The notes under the pieces: model-generated
Told to the model about the DNA's origin: nothing
The model's database searches: none
Seen by the model: only the letters and a program-made list of their open reading frames with translations
Translations under genes and position numbers: made by a program
In this document: in pieces, positions 24,093 through 33,994 of the stretch
Layout of the letters: each line of letters starts with the position of its first letter
Numbering within the stretch: the first letter of the stretch is position 1
Virus record (IMG/VR): IMGVR_UViG_3300032328_000934
Location: 14,975 to 78,974 of that record
DNA: 64,000 bases
From: a virus
Taxonomy: Duplodnaviria > Caudoviricetes
Direction: 5' to 3' (one strand)

Positions 24093-26258
24093 CTAGCGAA
24101 TTGGGCAGGCCCCACCTTCGCAGTCACTACCGAGGTCATCGTCTACTTCTATGTTCTCATACTGAGTTAACAACGTAATAATTGAATCGCCCGTGATTGC
24201 CGAGACAGCCGCTGAACGCTGCAAGTACTCTTCTTCCGTAATCTCCTCGTAGGGCATCAAAGGGTAAGCTGACGTAAATTTCGGAAGGAATGACACCCCG
24301 ATGTAATCGTCCCAACGTTCGAGCAAGAGCGCAATAATTGCCGCTATTTCTGAAGGCTCGAACGAGATTGTGATAGACGTATTATGATCACTCCAGTTCT
24401 CTTGCAAAATGAAGTACCGATGTAATTGATCAACGGCGGACTCAGCAGAAGCCGAGTGTTTTGCCGAGGTTTTAATCGGAAACTCAACAACCCACGTATG
24501 AGCATGGCGCAACGTGTTCTCGCGTTCCTCAGGAGACTGCGCTCGATACGCATCAGGCATGCAGGACGTGGCTTCCGGATAGATTGGGTACCCTGCTGCT
24601 TTCATGGCCATAGCCAAGGGATCTTGGCTAGAGATACGTACACGACGCACGTAGAGAGGCGCATACGAGGCATGGGCACCACTAGACACGGTAGGGAGCT
24701 GTGCGAGCGTCCCAGAGGGCTTGACGCAGGTAACCAGCAATGGCGGCGGGATTCTCAAAAGTTCTGCATAGCCGTGAGCGGAATTCTGAGCAACACGGTT
24801 AAGTGCAAAAAGCAGTCGTCTGACTGTCCAAAACTCAGCTTCTTCGGCACCGCCTACACGAATTGGATCTGCAGCTGATTTAGTTGTGTCGACACCAAGT
24901 GCATCCATAGCCTCGACGTACCCCGTAATCGACACACCGGTGAGACGGTCTCGGGCCTGTACTCTGTTCCAGTGCGGGAGTTCCAACTCCAGCGTGGCCA
25001 TACGCACACCAATAGAAGTGGCAAGCTCAACTGCTGTAGAAAGACCCTCGTAATCTAACCAAGGTTTTGCCGTTTCGGCATCACGCACGAACGCCCGCAT
25101 ATTTACTTCTGAAAGATTGCAAACCCCGTTGTCCGCGAGTAGAATCTCCGCACACGGATTAGTGCCTGCATAGTTAGGCCGTCTTTCAGCAGCAGCAGTT
25201 GCATTGATAAATCCCGGCTCCCCATTAGTCACAATCCGTGAGAAAATGTTTTTTAGTTGCTCCTCAGTTGGTTTTTCAGTAAAAAACACCGAGTTGTTAC
25301 TCATTGAGCGGAATCGTTTATCTGCTTTCGCAGGATCCGTCCAAAGATCTAATTTAGCGTCAAGAATTGAAGTATCGTTAATATCAAAAAGAGTAATCTC
25401 GCTAGAGCGGCGTACACCACCGACAACTACAGCCTCTCCGATTAGATTCATAATGTCCATAGCCTGCACAGTAGTAATGTTCCAATCGCGTGTTTGGCCT
25501 ACTACATAACCTTCGTTAAGAACATCTACAATCTTTGAATACATGTTGGATAGTGCACTTGGACCTGAGGCACGACCGCCAAAAGTCTTAAGCTGCTCTC
25601 CCGCAGGACGAACCCAGTTGTACACAACATTAAGTTTTGTAGTACCTGCGGAGAAGGCGTCAAGCAAATAGCGTAACCCGTCAACCCAACCCTCTTTACT
25701 GTCCCCAATCCAAAGAGTTGCTTCTCCGTATGAATCGTGCTCAACCATAAGTTCTGTACGATCCTGTCGACCAATTGCCGGTACCGGTACGTAATCAACA
25801 TTGTTAATTGAAAGACCGCGTTTAATTCTTGGAAGACTTTTTACATCCTCAGGAAGAACACGAAATCCTACACCAGTACCCAGCATCATAAGGTAAAAAG
25901 CATCGTAGAATGCTTGAAAGTCATCAACAATCATGAAAGAGCAGTTAAAGTTACTAAGCGGGTATTTCTTTGCGGCCTCAGTACCACCCGTCCACAAAGT
26001 ACGACCAGCGGGGAATACCTTGAGGTTGAACATGTAATCAAAAAGAAGTTCCGCTTGTTCTTTAAGATCAGTAACACCTGACTTGTCGAGTGAAATACTA
26101 TATTCGACAACACGCTTAACCGTGTCCTTCCAAGTCTCACGGCGTTTAAGATGGGGAATGAATCGACTGTAAGTACGGAGATAAACAAACTGACCCATTA
26201 GACTGGGCCAGTTTGGATTTTCATTGTACTGCGCTAAAAATTCTGGGGTAAGGTACAT
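24093..26258 (-). CDS. nrdJ: class II (B12-dependent) ribonucleotide reductase
   Basis: RTYSR, PAGRTLW, NFNCSF, GGVRRSSEI, TNPCAEI, CNLSE, VKPSGT, C-terminal CEGGACP. Confidence 0.95.
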   Translation of the reverse strand: MYLTPEFLAQYNENPNWPSLMGQFVYLRTYSRFIPHLKRRETWKDTVKRVVEYSISLDKSGVTDLKEQAELLFDYMFNLKVFPAGRTLWTGGTEAAKKYPLSNFNCSFMIVDDFQAFYDAFYLMMLGTGVGFRVLPEDVKSLPRIKRGLSINNVDYVPVPAIGRQDRTELMVEHDSYGEATLWIGDSKEGWVDGLRYLLDAFSAGTTKLNVVYNWVRPAGEQLKTFGGRASGPSALSNMYSKIVDVLNEGYVVGQTRDWNITTVQAMDIMNLIGEAVVVGGVRRSSEITLFDINDTSILDAKLDLWTDPAKADKRFRSMSNNSVFFTEKPTEEQLKNIFSRIVTNGEPGFINATAAAERRPNYAGTNPCAEILLADNGVCNLSEVNMRAFVRDAETAKPWLDYEGLSTAVELATSIGVRMATLELELPHWNRVQARDRLTGVSITGYVEAMDALGVDTTKSAADPIRVGGAEEAEFWTVRRLLFALNRVAQNSAHGYAELLRIPPPLLVTCVKPSGTLAQLPTVSSGAHASYAPLYVRRVRISSQDPLAMAMKAAGYPIYPEATSCMPDAYRAQSPEERENTLRHAHTWVVEFPIKTSAKHSASAESAVDQLHRYFILQENWSDHNTSITISFEPSEIAAIIALLLERWDDYIGVSFLPKFTSAYPLMPYEEITEEEYLQRSAAVSAITGDSIITLLTQYENIEVDDDLGSDCEGGACPIR

Positions 26259-26260
26259 CG

Positions 26261-26533
26261 TTAATCTCCTAAAGTAAAATTAATAGTTGGGTCAGTAAAC
26301 GAAAAGTTTTGCATACACTTCAAAATACTTCGTTTATTCCGTTCAAATGCAACCTGAGCAACCATAAAATTACGAAGCTTGCTCAAAAATACCTGTGACT
26401 CTTCACCACTGTAGGGTATGTATACTTGATGAAATTCAAGACTTTCTTCGGATCCTGTAACTGTATAGCGTACACAGATTGTGCCGTCTCCAATCTCTGT
26501 GTACTCTACAACTGCGTATCTTGCCATTGTCAA
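26261..26533 (-). CDS. hypothetical protein
   Basis: 90 aa, packed between mazG and nrdJ. Confidence 0.6.
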   Translation of the reverse strand: MTMARYAVVEYTEIGDGTICVRYTVTGSEESLEFHQVYIPYSGEESQVFLSKLRNFMVAQVAFERNKRSILKCMQNFSFTDPTINFTLGD

Positions 26534-26850
26534 CGCTCATCTCCGCTACCTTGAATAGTGTTTCGTTCTACGCGGCCTAACAACTTTGCTTGATTGCGTT
26601 CAAGGACCTCTTCGAGAGTAAATCCAAGATCATCCACAATACAAGTCGCATACCAGATAACATCACCCAGTTCATCAATAATTTTGTTTGCTTGCTCAAG
26701 ATCCAACTTACCGGCGGAATCTCTCAAGACTTTCTTTACTTTACCTGCTACCTCTCCTGCTTCTGATGCTAAACCTAGAGCGGGGTAAATTACTGCGAAC
26801 TGACGGTCGTAGCGCTTAGTAGACACTACAAATTTTTGATACTCGTTCAT
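26530..26850 (-). CDS. mazG: MazG-like NTP pyrophosphohydrolase
   Basis: YPALGLASEAGEVAGKVKK..RD and ELGDVIWY. Confidence 0.9.
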   Translation of the reverse strand: MNEYQKFVVSTKRYDRQFAVIYPALGLASEAGEVAGKVKKVLRDSAGKLDLEQANKIIDELGDVIWYATCIVDDLGFTLEEVLERNQAKLLGRVERNTIQGSGDER

Positions 26851-27187
26851 ACATCCTCCAAAAATTTGAAAAAAAAATCGCTAACTTATTAATAATAATA
26901 TTAATAAGTTAGTTATTATAATAACATATATAAGTATAATAAACAAGTTAGTATATATCTCTTTTATTTATATACTAGTATTTTTTTTTATTTTTGATCT
27001 GTTAGTAGTTTCCTATTCCCCACACAATTATAACAATCGTGTCAAATAGTTTTATTAGAATTAGATAAGAATTAGATGAGTGTTGTATGAGTAGAGAATG
27101 CCGCTTAGTAAATGATCAGACTAATTAGCAAATTTGTGCTAAACTTAAGTAGGTGTATATACACTAAATTTTTGGTCAGGTGGTTTT
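26851..27187. promoter_or_regulatory. AT-rich divergent control region with palindromes
   Basis: Strand switch; 14-bp-arm inverted repeat at 26881-26912, perfect 14-bp palindrome at 26912-26925, TGTTATAAT on the minus strand near 27027-27035. Confidence 0.7.
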
Positions 27188-27589
27188 ATGAGATACATTC
27201 GGTGCCTTTTTTGTGATAACGGTAAACAAAGATTTGATTTTTTATGTAGGGACTGCCGCTTACTATATGGTCCATACGAGAAAGAACTTTGGTTTACCGA
27301 GCTAGTAGCCATGGAAAGAAAGCAGACTAAAATTACTCGACAAGAGTCGACTAATTACGATGTCTCTTATCTGTCAAAAGAAATTCGCCCTCACTTGGGT
27401 TCATCCCGTGCTAGAGGAAGACCTAAAACAACAAGTTTAGTTGAGTCCTACGTACGCTCAACGTATGAACCTACGGCTTCTGTACGTCAGGTAACAGCTC
27501 GCTGTTTAGAAGCTGGTTTAGTTGTCTCTCGTGAGAGTATACGAACAATTCTAAACAAAATCAAGGTGACAAAAAATAAACATGATTAA
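27188..27589 (+). CDS. putative DNA-binding regulator (CxxC-CxxC, RGRP, HTH)
   Basis: CLFC..CRDC; GRPKT; SVRQVT...VSRESIRTIL. Confidence 0.6.
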   Translation: MRYIRCLFCDNGKQRFDFLCRDCRLLYGPYEKELWFTELVAMERKQTKITRQESTNYDVSYLSKEIRPHLGSSRARGRPKTTSLVESYVRSTYEPTASVRQVTARCLEAGLVVSRESIRTILNKIKVTKNKHD

Positions 27590-27604
27590 TAGACAGGAGG
27601 ATTT

Positions 27605-28369
27605 ATGCCATTAAACGTTCCTTCGGCAGTTACAGTAACTGTCGGCACTATAGAGATAGTAGAGAATGCCGCTACTACCCACTACCAACAATTTGTACTA
27701 ACCTCACCTGAGGGAGTTGCGCTCGGTAGTACCGCTAACCCAATTCCCATGTACACCGCTGTTTCAGGAAACTACGTATCAAATTTCAATATAGGAGAGA
27801 CAGTAGTCCCCGTAGGCGGGGCATTTTACGAGGAATCCTTAAACAATACTCTCCTTGAATTACAGACTAGCGAACTCTCCGTTAATCGACTGACGGTTCG
27901 CGGTAGTTTAAAGACTGCGGGCGATGGTCGCGTTAACGAACTTGTCGGATCTTCTAACAGCGGTTACGACGACATTTACGTTGCGTCCGGAGTATACGCC
28001 GCAAATAACTTAAACATACTTAATGCAAACGGTTCGTTCTTCACTCTTAACTCAACAACGTCTCGTCACTTTTATATACCAATGATACGATCTGGCTGGC
28101 GTGCACTTAGCTTTAGCTTTTTGGCCCCTGTGTCAGGGAGTCTTTCAATTCACGCTGACTTTGGGTCGCTTACACGAGATATACTGGTTACCGGACTTTT
28201 AGTTCTTCCTAATATTCGTTACGGCCTGCTTGGTTCTAATGTTACTACGTCAGGATCGTTGATTGGTATTCCCGCATTATCGGCACCTGTCAATGGGTTT
28301 ATTATCTCCTTTGACCCAGCTGCAACAGACGTGGGTTCTTTTGAAATTCACATTACACGAGGTGCTTAA
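27605..28369 (+). CDS. probable virion structural protein
   Basis: 254 aa, beta-rich, AGGAGG SD, first gene of the head module. Confidence 0.55.
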   Translation: MPLNVPSAVTVTVGTIEIVENAATTHYQQFVLTSPEGVALGSTANPIPMYTAVSGNYVSNFNIGETVVPVGGAFYEESLNNTLLELQTSELSVNRLTVRGSLKTAGDGRVNELVGSSNSGYDDIYVASGVYAANNLNILNANGSFFTLNSTTSRHFYIPMIRSGWRALSFSFLAPVSGSLSIHADFGSLTRDILVTGLLVLPNIRYGLLGSNVTTSGSLIGIPALSAPVNGFIISFDPAATDVGSFEIHITRGA

Positions 28370-29919
28370 TGACAGATGTTTATAAAGAAGAAGAGCTCTC
28401 CCCTAGGCAAGAAGAACTGGTCACTGACTTAATAGAACTTACTGATCGATTTGGTAAGTTTGGCCAAGGCGTTGACAGCGAGGGATCACACTACACTCCC
28501 GCAGAAAACAACCCATTCAAATCAGAGGGTTTAATCTGTGCTAACTGTGCGTTCTTTAGTCCAGATAGTAATGCTTGCTCAATTGTTATGGGTGTCATTG
28601 AACCAGAGGCAATTTGTAAGTTTTGGGTTATTGAGAATGCCGAGCTAGGTTCAGAACCGGAGGACATGCTTCAAGAAGAGGAATCGGCTATGGCCGCTCG
28701 TTACAGCGGTATTGACTTCTCGCCCCCAGCGGGTGTAAAAGCCGCCGCTAAACGTGGTCTTGCTTTGCACGACAAAGGACTCAGCGGTGACGGTCTTGAA
28801 TCGGCTACTGTGCTATGGGCACGAAAGTATACACAGGGTAAACCTGTAAGCCCAGAGCGCGCTCGAATGGGTAATCGATTCTACGGAAGAAACGCTCGAT
28901 TTGCGACCGCACCAAAAGACTCGCCTGCGTGGGTTTCGTGGTTGTTGTGGGGTGGGAGTTCTGGTCAAGGCTGGTTTGCAAAATTGGTCAAACAGATGGA
29001 TGCAGCTGACAAAAAAAGTTCGGCATCAGTGAGCGGTGCAATTTGTCTTGCAGAGGAGGCAATTGCAAACCCCTTCCTTAAGGAAATTTTTCTTATTCTT
29101 ACGGATTTTGAGCCGAACGCAAATGGGGAAGGAATTCCACGTAGCGAGGCTGAAAATATTATAAAAACTTCTCGGTTGACGCCGATTAAGATAGCCGCAG
29201 ACGAGAAGTCTTACGGTGGCCATACGGGAGCACACCCTGTAGGTGCGATCATCGAGTCATTTATGGATAACCATAATGGTAAAGATGTTATAAAAGCTCG
29301 CGCTTTTATTTGGAAAGACGAGTATCCCGCTATTTATGACCTTGTAAAGAGTCAAGCGTCCGAAGGTAATTTTATCGGTACTTCTTGGGAAGTTTACTAC
29401 ACTCATGCTGAGGAGGAGAAAGGTGTCCGCTGGCTTCGGGATGTAACGTTTGCAGGTACTTGTATTGTTGACAACCCTGCGTATGGAGATCGCACCCCGC
29501 TGCTTAGTGTCGCTGAAAAACAAACTATGGATTTAAAAGAATTAGAAGACAAAGTAACAGAGCTGACTGCACTGATTACACAAAAGGAGATTACAATTAA
29601 TGAGCTCGAGTCGAAAATCAATGTATACCAAGAAACCGACCGGCAAGCCCAAGCCGAGCGGCGGAAAGCGCAAGTAGCACAACAGTTAAGTGCTGTTTTT
29701 TCAGAAGCTGAAGTTTTGGAAAAACTTGCGTTTTACCTTGCCCTTGACGATGCTGTTATTCAGCAAGTACTTACCGATCTTACTAAGACGGTAAAGTCGA
29801 CGTCGTCTGAAAAGAAAGAACCGGTCTTTGTTCCCGAGCCCACCGGTGCCCCGTCAAATCCGACTGATCCAAAAACTCTTGCGGCGGCAATCAAACAGAG
29901 CCTTAAGGATTCAAAGTAG
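28369..29919 (+). CDS. multidomain prohead protease/scaffold
   Basis: Cys4 N-domain, WLLWGG domain, protease-like H..HPVG/GTSWEV/GTCIVDNPAY, C-terminal coiled coil; upstream of the capsid genes. Confidence 0.7.
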   Translation: MTDVYKEEELSPRQEELVTDLIELTDRFGKFGQGVDSEGSHYTPAENNPFKSEGLICANCAFFSPDSNACSIVMGVIEPEAICKFWVIENAELGSEPEDMLQEEESAMAARYSGIDFSPPAGVKAAAKRGLALHDKGLSGDGLESATVLWARKYTQGKPVSPERARMGNRFYGRNARFATAPKDSPAWVSWLLWGGSSGQGWFAKLVKQMDAADKKSSASVSGAICLAEEAIANPFLKEIFLILTDFEPNANGEGIPRSEAENIIKTSRLTPIKIAADEKSYGGHTGAHPVGAIIESFMDNHNGKDVIKARAFIWKDEYPAIYDLVKSQASEGNFIGTSWEVYYTHAEEEKGVRWLRDVTFAGTCIVDNPAYGDRTPLLSVAEKQTMDLKELEDKVTELTALITQKEITINELESKINVYQETDRQAQAERRKAQVAQQLSAVFSEAEVLEKLAFYLALDDAVIQQVLTDLTKTVKSTSSEKKEPVFVPEPTGAPSNPTDPKTLAAAIKQSLKDSK

Positions 29920-30134
29920 TGTCGTATGACATTCGTGAAGAACAACGAGTGTTCAATTTCTGTGTCTATCGTCAAGGAGACGAAAAGCCAATGCAGTGCT
30001 TTGAAACCGCCGATGAAGCGCAGGCATATTGGATGGCTTTGAACGTGGCCGATGTAACTCAGGCGTCAGCTGAGTCTAAATCAGCTGTTTCAGCTTTAGC
30101 TACAGAGTTCAAAAAATTACTAAAAAGAGGTTAA
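29919..30134 (+). CDS. small head-module protein
   Basis: 71 aa, GTG overlapping the upstream stop. Confidence 0.55.
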   Translation: MSYDIREEQRVFNFCVYRQGDEKPMQCFETADEAQAYWMALNVADVTQASAESKSAVSALATEFKKLLKRG

Positions 30135-30138
30135 ATAA

Positions 30139-30672
30139 ATGGCTGTAATTGTAACTACTCAAAACAGCACTCAAGGTGTGGCCGCTACTACCATTATGGA
30201 AGGTCGAGCCGTCACCCTGACTGCTTCGGGCGTCAGAAATGACTTGCCCAATGTCACTTACGCGTCTGTGAATCAGGAACGCGGCGTATTTATTGCGTTT
30301 TTCCCACCTGATAATTTCCCACGCCCCACTTACGAGGATCTGTACACGGTGCCGTCAACGCGCGTTTATGATCTTACTGACAGCACTTTGTATGGCGATC
30401 CAACGTTCTACAAGAAGCAATATCTTATTCCTCGTAGCATGTGGGCTGAACCGCTTGCATACAGCGGTGAGTTAGTTGCATTGCATCGAGGTCGAATTGG
30501 TATTACCTCTAGTTGTTTTGTCGATGACGCCAATATTCGCGTCCCCGGTGCCCGCGTGGCAGTCGGCGGTTCTGGTATGCTGGTCTACACTACTAATAAC
30601 TTGTACACAATTGCCGTTGTTGAGCGTTTCGCTCCTGATACCGGCGTCTTGTACATTAGCATGGGAGTATAA
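30139..30672 (+). CDS. capsid decoration/cement protein
   Basis: Position directly before MCP; beta-tulip-like size and composition. Confidence 0.6.
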   Translation: MAVIVTTQNSTQGVAATTIMEGRAVTLTASGVRNDLPNVTYASVNQERGVFIAFFPPDNFPRPTYEDLYTVPSTRVYDLTDSTLYGDPTFYKKQYLIPRSMWAEPLAYSGELVALHRGRIGITSSCFVDDANIRVPGARVAVGGSGMLVYTTNNLYTIAVVERFAPDTGVLYISMGV

Positions 30673-30675
30673 CGA

Positions 30676-31620
30676 ATGAATAAAGAAGCTTTAATGAAGT
30701 CTGTTGCCGAAGTAGCAAAGACGGCCGGTACCTCACAGTCAGGTAAATCGGCATTTGCCGAGTTGCTTATTCAACTTGTAGAGCCCAATCACTTGTCTCT
30801 TGACTTGTTCTCGACTTTTATGCCGAGCCGACAAGCGAGCCTGAATGACGTTGCCATCAAGCGCGTACGCCGCGGTAAATACTCGGTTCAATCAATGGTA
30901 CCGGGTACTTCCCATCTTGTGTCACAGCCAACGACTGTGCACGATTATCATAGCTACGTCTTCGATCGTTTGATCGGCGGTGTGCGTGAAAGTCTCTGGA
31001 ATGTGCAAAACGGCGCGGTTCAAACTGTCGATCAAATGCGTCAGCAACTGCAATTCGATCTGACCGACAACCTTGTTGCCCGTGTGTTTAACTTGTTGAC
31101 CTCAACTTGGAATTCGACGGACACCCCCAGTCACTACGCCCAAACCGCCGCAATCACTGCTGCCGGTATGGACACGATGATTGAAAACGTTATGTACACG
31201 GCCGGTACCGTCAAAGCTATTATCGGTACTCGTCGATCGCTTTTGCCTATGTACAAGTTTGCGGGTTTTAAAGAATACGCTTACGCTGATGGCAACGGTC
31301 GTATTGCTTACCCAATAAACGACAAGTTGATGGAATACCTCAACACCAGCCGTGTGGCTGTGTACATGGGTGTACCCATTATTGAACTGCCGCAAGTATT
31401 CCGCAATCAATTGCCTAACTTGCGTGAGCCACTCATTCCCGAAGATAAGATCATCGTGGTGGGTGACAACGCCGGTGAAATTTTGATGTACGGTGGTACT
31501 GAATACTACGAATCAACTGATGCATCAATCCAACCACCCGACTACGTGCTCCATGCGTGGATGCAGTACGGTATGGTTGTGGACATGCCTGAAAATATCG
31601 GTGTAATTAAGATCGTCTAA
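30676..31620 (+). CDS. major capsid protein (HK97 fold)
   Basis: 314 aa, YMGVPIIELPQ and WMQYGMVV..PENIG motifs, biased codon usage, synteny. Confidence 0.85.
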   Translation: MNKEALMKSVAEVAKTAGTSQSGKSAFAELLIQLVEPNHLSLDLFSTFMPSRQASLNDVAIKRVRRGKYSVQSMVPGTSHLVSQPTTVHDYHSYVFDRLIGGVRESLWNVQNGAVQTVDQMRQQLQFDLTDNLVARVFNLLTSTWNSTDTPSHYAQTAAITAAGMDTMIENVMYTAGTVKAIIGTRRSLLPMYKFAGFKEYAYADGNGRIAYPINDKLMEYLNTSRVAVYMGVPIIELPQVFRNQLPNLREPLIPEDKIIVVGDNAGEILMYGGTEYYESTDASIQPPDYVLHAWMQYGMVVDMPENIGVIKIV

Positions 31621-31631
31621 GGAGCATAACA

Positions 31632-32144
31632 ATGGCAATGAACAACATATATCACATGATGCAGGGTAGCGCTTATAAGCGATACACTAAAGTTCCCATC
31701 AACTTGGTTGGCGGCCTTCGTGTTGACCCGACTGACACTCGATTGCAGATTGGATGGATACTACACACGGATGAAACTGACTTTGATTTCGCCACCAAGA
31801 AACGTATGCGGTTCGTGTATGAAAATGAGGTTATTGAAATCTACTCAGAATCTGAAGATAAGTTATTTCGAAAATTAAACTCGGGGTTGTTTCGTGCAGG
31901 TTTGTTAAAAGAATTTTTCGAAACTGATGAAATAGTTAATTCTCCAAATTTTGTAGATGACTCTGAAATTAGTCGAATAGTAGAGATTCGGTCGCTGACT
32001 GAATTTCAGGCAACGATTGCCAAGTTTGACGCTCTCGCTACTCTTGAGCGAATCAAACAACAACTTATAGATCAAGGTAAATCCGTTAAAAAAGTACAGC
32101 TTTTAGAAAATAGAATAAAAGAGGTAAGTGATGTCGTGGACTGA
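31632..32144 (+). CDS. hypothetical head-module protein
   Basis: 170 aa directly after MCP. Confidence 0.65.
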   Translation: MAMNNIYHMMQGSAYKRYTKVPINLVGGLRVDPTDTRLQIGWILHTDETDFDFATKKRMRFVYENEVIEIYSESEDKLFRKLNSGLFRAGLLKEFFETDEIVNSPNFVDDSEISRIVEIRSLTEFQATIAKFDALATLERIKQQLIDQGKSVKKVQLLENRIKEVSDVVD

Positions 32145-32505
32145 CCAAGCCCTTACAGTACGGGCAGCTTCTGAGTCTTTTTTAGTTGACACTTGTACCG
32201 TTCGTACGTTTAATGGCTACAGTACTATTGACGGTGAATACACAGAATCCTTTACAAATGTAAACAACATTCCCTGCCGGTTAATAAATCGGCAGGGAAG
32301 TGTTGTACAACAACCTGATTCGCAGGAACGTGCTATGCAACTTCTGACGTCAGTAAATACTATTAGAATACAACTTCCATATGCAGTGGCTCTTACCGAA
32401 AAAGATAAAATTATTTATAACAACGTTACCTACGATGTAACGTATGTACCAGTAAAGCACAGTCTTATGGGAGCGTTTGTAGTACAAATTGAAAAAAGAA
32501 AATGA
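32131..32505 (+). CDS. head-closure (stopper) protein
   Basis: DTCTV..IPCRL..I.LPY...L...DKIIYN..TYDV pattern. Confidence 0.7.
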   Translation: MSWTDQALTVRAASESFLVDTCTVRTFNGYSTIDGEYTESFTNVNNIPCRLINRQGSVVQQPDSQERAMQLLTSVNTIRIQLPYAVALTEKDKIIYNNVTYDVTYVPVKHSLMGAFVVQIEKRK

Positions 32506-33029
32506 ACTCCGCCGAAAAAATAGAAAGATTTATTGCCTATTACGAGCGTCTTCCAGAGAACGTAACGTTAGTCATAAAAAGACAATTAGAGTCAAGTATC
32601 GTTGAGTATTTAAACTCGCTAACTCCTGATGAAACGTATCGAGCACTGGCAGATCTTAACGGCGGTGTAGTTCCGGACACGTTACCTGCGCTACCATCAC
32701 ACCGAGTTCACGTTTCTGAACGAGTGCCTGACGAGATAGTTGACCGATTAGAGTCGCACATATATACAAACGCTATTATGGACTTATATAAACTCGGCCA
32801 CGAACTCACGTTAGCGATTACTAGTGAAAGAATAAACGTGAACTCGGTTAGTAAAATGGTAGATCAGGCGGTGGCTACTGCCGCGGAAGATAGCAACCCA
32901 GTACTAAACGCGAGCTTAAATAGCTTTATTGCTTCTATTTGTACCCCGATCTACGATAAGTTTGCCGCGGACATTGTAGTAGATGTTAATAAAGAAGTAG
33001 CAGCCCGCGTTAATTCACTATTCAAATAG
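32502..33029 (+). CDS. neck-region hypothetical protein
   Basis: 175 aa, synteny. Confidence 0.55.
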   Translation: MNSAEKIERFIAYYERLPENVTLVIKRQLESSIVEYLNSLTPDETYRALADLNGGVVPDTLPALPSHRVHVSERVPDEIVDRLESHIYTNAIMDLYKLGHELTLAITSERINVNSVSKMVDQAVATAAEDSNPVLNASLNSFIASICTPIYDKFAADIVVDVNKEVAARVNSLFK

Positions 33030-33036
33030 GAAACAC

Positions 33037-33471
33037 ATGATAGTAAATGCTCTTTTTCCCAATGTCTGGCGTATAGTAGCCCGTGCAATCACGCAAATCT
33101 CCGGCCAGTATGGAGGGAGGGTTTACTATAATGTCGCACCTTCTGATACTTTATACCCATATTTAATATACCAACATGACTCAAGTCTCGGTGGTATTTA
33201 TGGGATGTTGAACACAACCGCATGGAAAGGAATTATAACATTTCGATCGCTATCTTCCAGCCTTGCGGGTGCGTCGGATAGTTTAGGGGATCTGCTTAAT
33301 AAGCTTGATCGCCCACTTGTGGTGAGCGGGATCCCTAATATTACGATTCCATTTGACGTGCAGTTTCATCCATACAAAAGTTATTCGTTCCCTGTGGAAC
33401 GTTTAAATAACTCGGCAGTCTACACGTCTGCCGTTGGAGTTGAGACATACATCACTCCAAAATTAACGTGA
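33037..33471 (+). CDS. tail terminator-like protein
   Basis: RVYYNVAP....YPYLIY pattern; precedes the tail tube gene. Confidence 0.7.
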   Translation: MIVNALFPNVWRIVARAITQISGQYGGRVYYNVAPSDTLYPYLIYQHDSSLGGIYGMLNTTAWKGIITFRSLSSSLAGASDSLGDLLNKLDRPLVVSGIPNITIPFDVQFHPYKSYSFPVERLNNSAVYTSAVGVETYITPKLT

Positions 33472-33493
33472 TACTAATTAGGAGAAAATACAA

Positions 33494-33925
33494 ATGTCAC
33501 TTGTAAGAGGAATCGAGGGTTTTTTAAAGATCTACAACTCCGCCACGTCCAGCTACGATAACGTTGACTTCGTTTCGCAATGGCAGGCTTCACTTCGTAC
33601 CAACCAAGTCGATGCCGGTCCTTTCTTGAACGACGGCGGTAAAATGTACACGTTCACTACGACCAAGCGTATTAATGGTAGCTTTCAAATCACGCTGCCA
33701 CTTGACAATCGTGCAACTCACACGCGCTTGATCAACGTCTCAAACTCGGGGGAATATATTGCAATTAAGCTGGTAGCTAAAGCAGGTTACACGATGACTG
33801 TTCCTTCGGCCATCCTGACCGGTTATCAAATTACTAACGCCGCAAACAATGAAGTCACTATGAGTTTTGACTTCATGGATAACGGTGGGTTCTCAGTGGC
33901 ACCCGCAATTAGCGGAGATTACTAA
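33494..33925 (+). CDS. major tail (tube) protein
   Basis: 143 aa, strong SD, followed by a terminator and chaperones. Confidence 0.75.
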   Translation: MSLVRGIEGFLKIYNSATSSYDNVDFVSQWQASLRTNQVDAGPFLNDGGKMYTFTTTKRINGSFQITLPLDNRATHTRLINVSNSGEYIAIKLVAKAGYTMTVPSAILTGYQITNAANNEVTMSFDFMDNGGFSVAPAISGDY

Positions 33926-33930
33926 ATAGT

Positions 33931-33975
33931 AAACAGCCTCCTCCAAATAAAAACTGGAGGAGGCTGTTTTTTTTT
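33931..33975 (+). terminator. intrinsic terminator
   Basis: cagcctcctcca/tggaggaggctg followed by T9. Confidence 0.9.
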
Positions 33976-33994
33976 ATATTAAAAGGAGTATTAC

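Noticed and set aside
27027-27045. TTGACA...TATAAT promoter on the minus strand
   Set aside because: The hexamers are only 7 bp apart; only the extended -10 (TGTTATAAT) is credible
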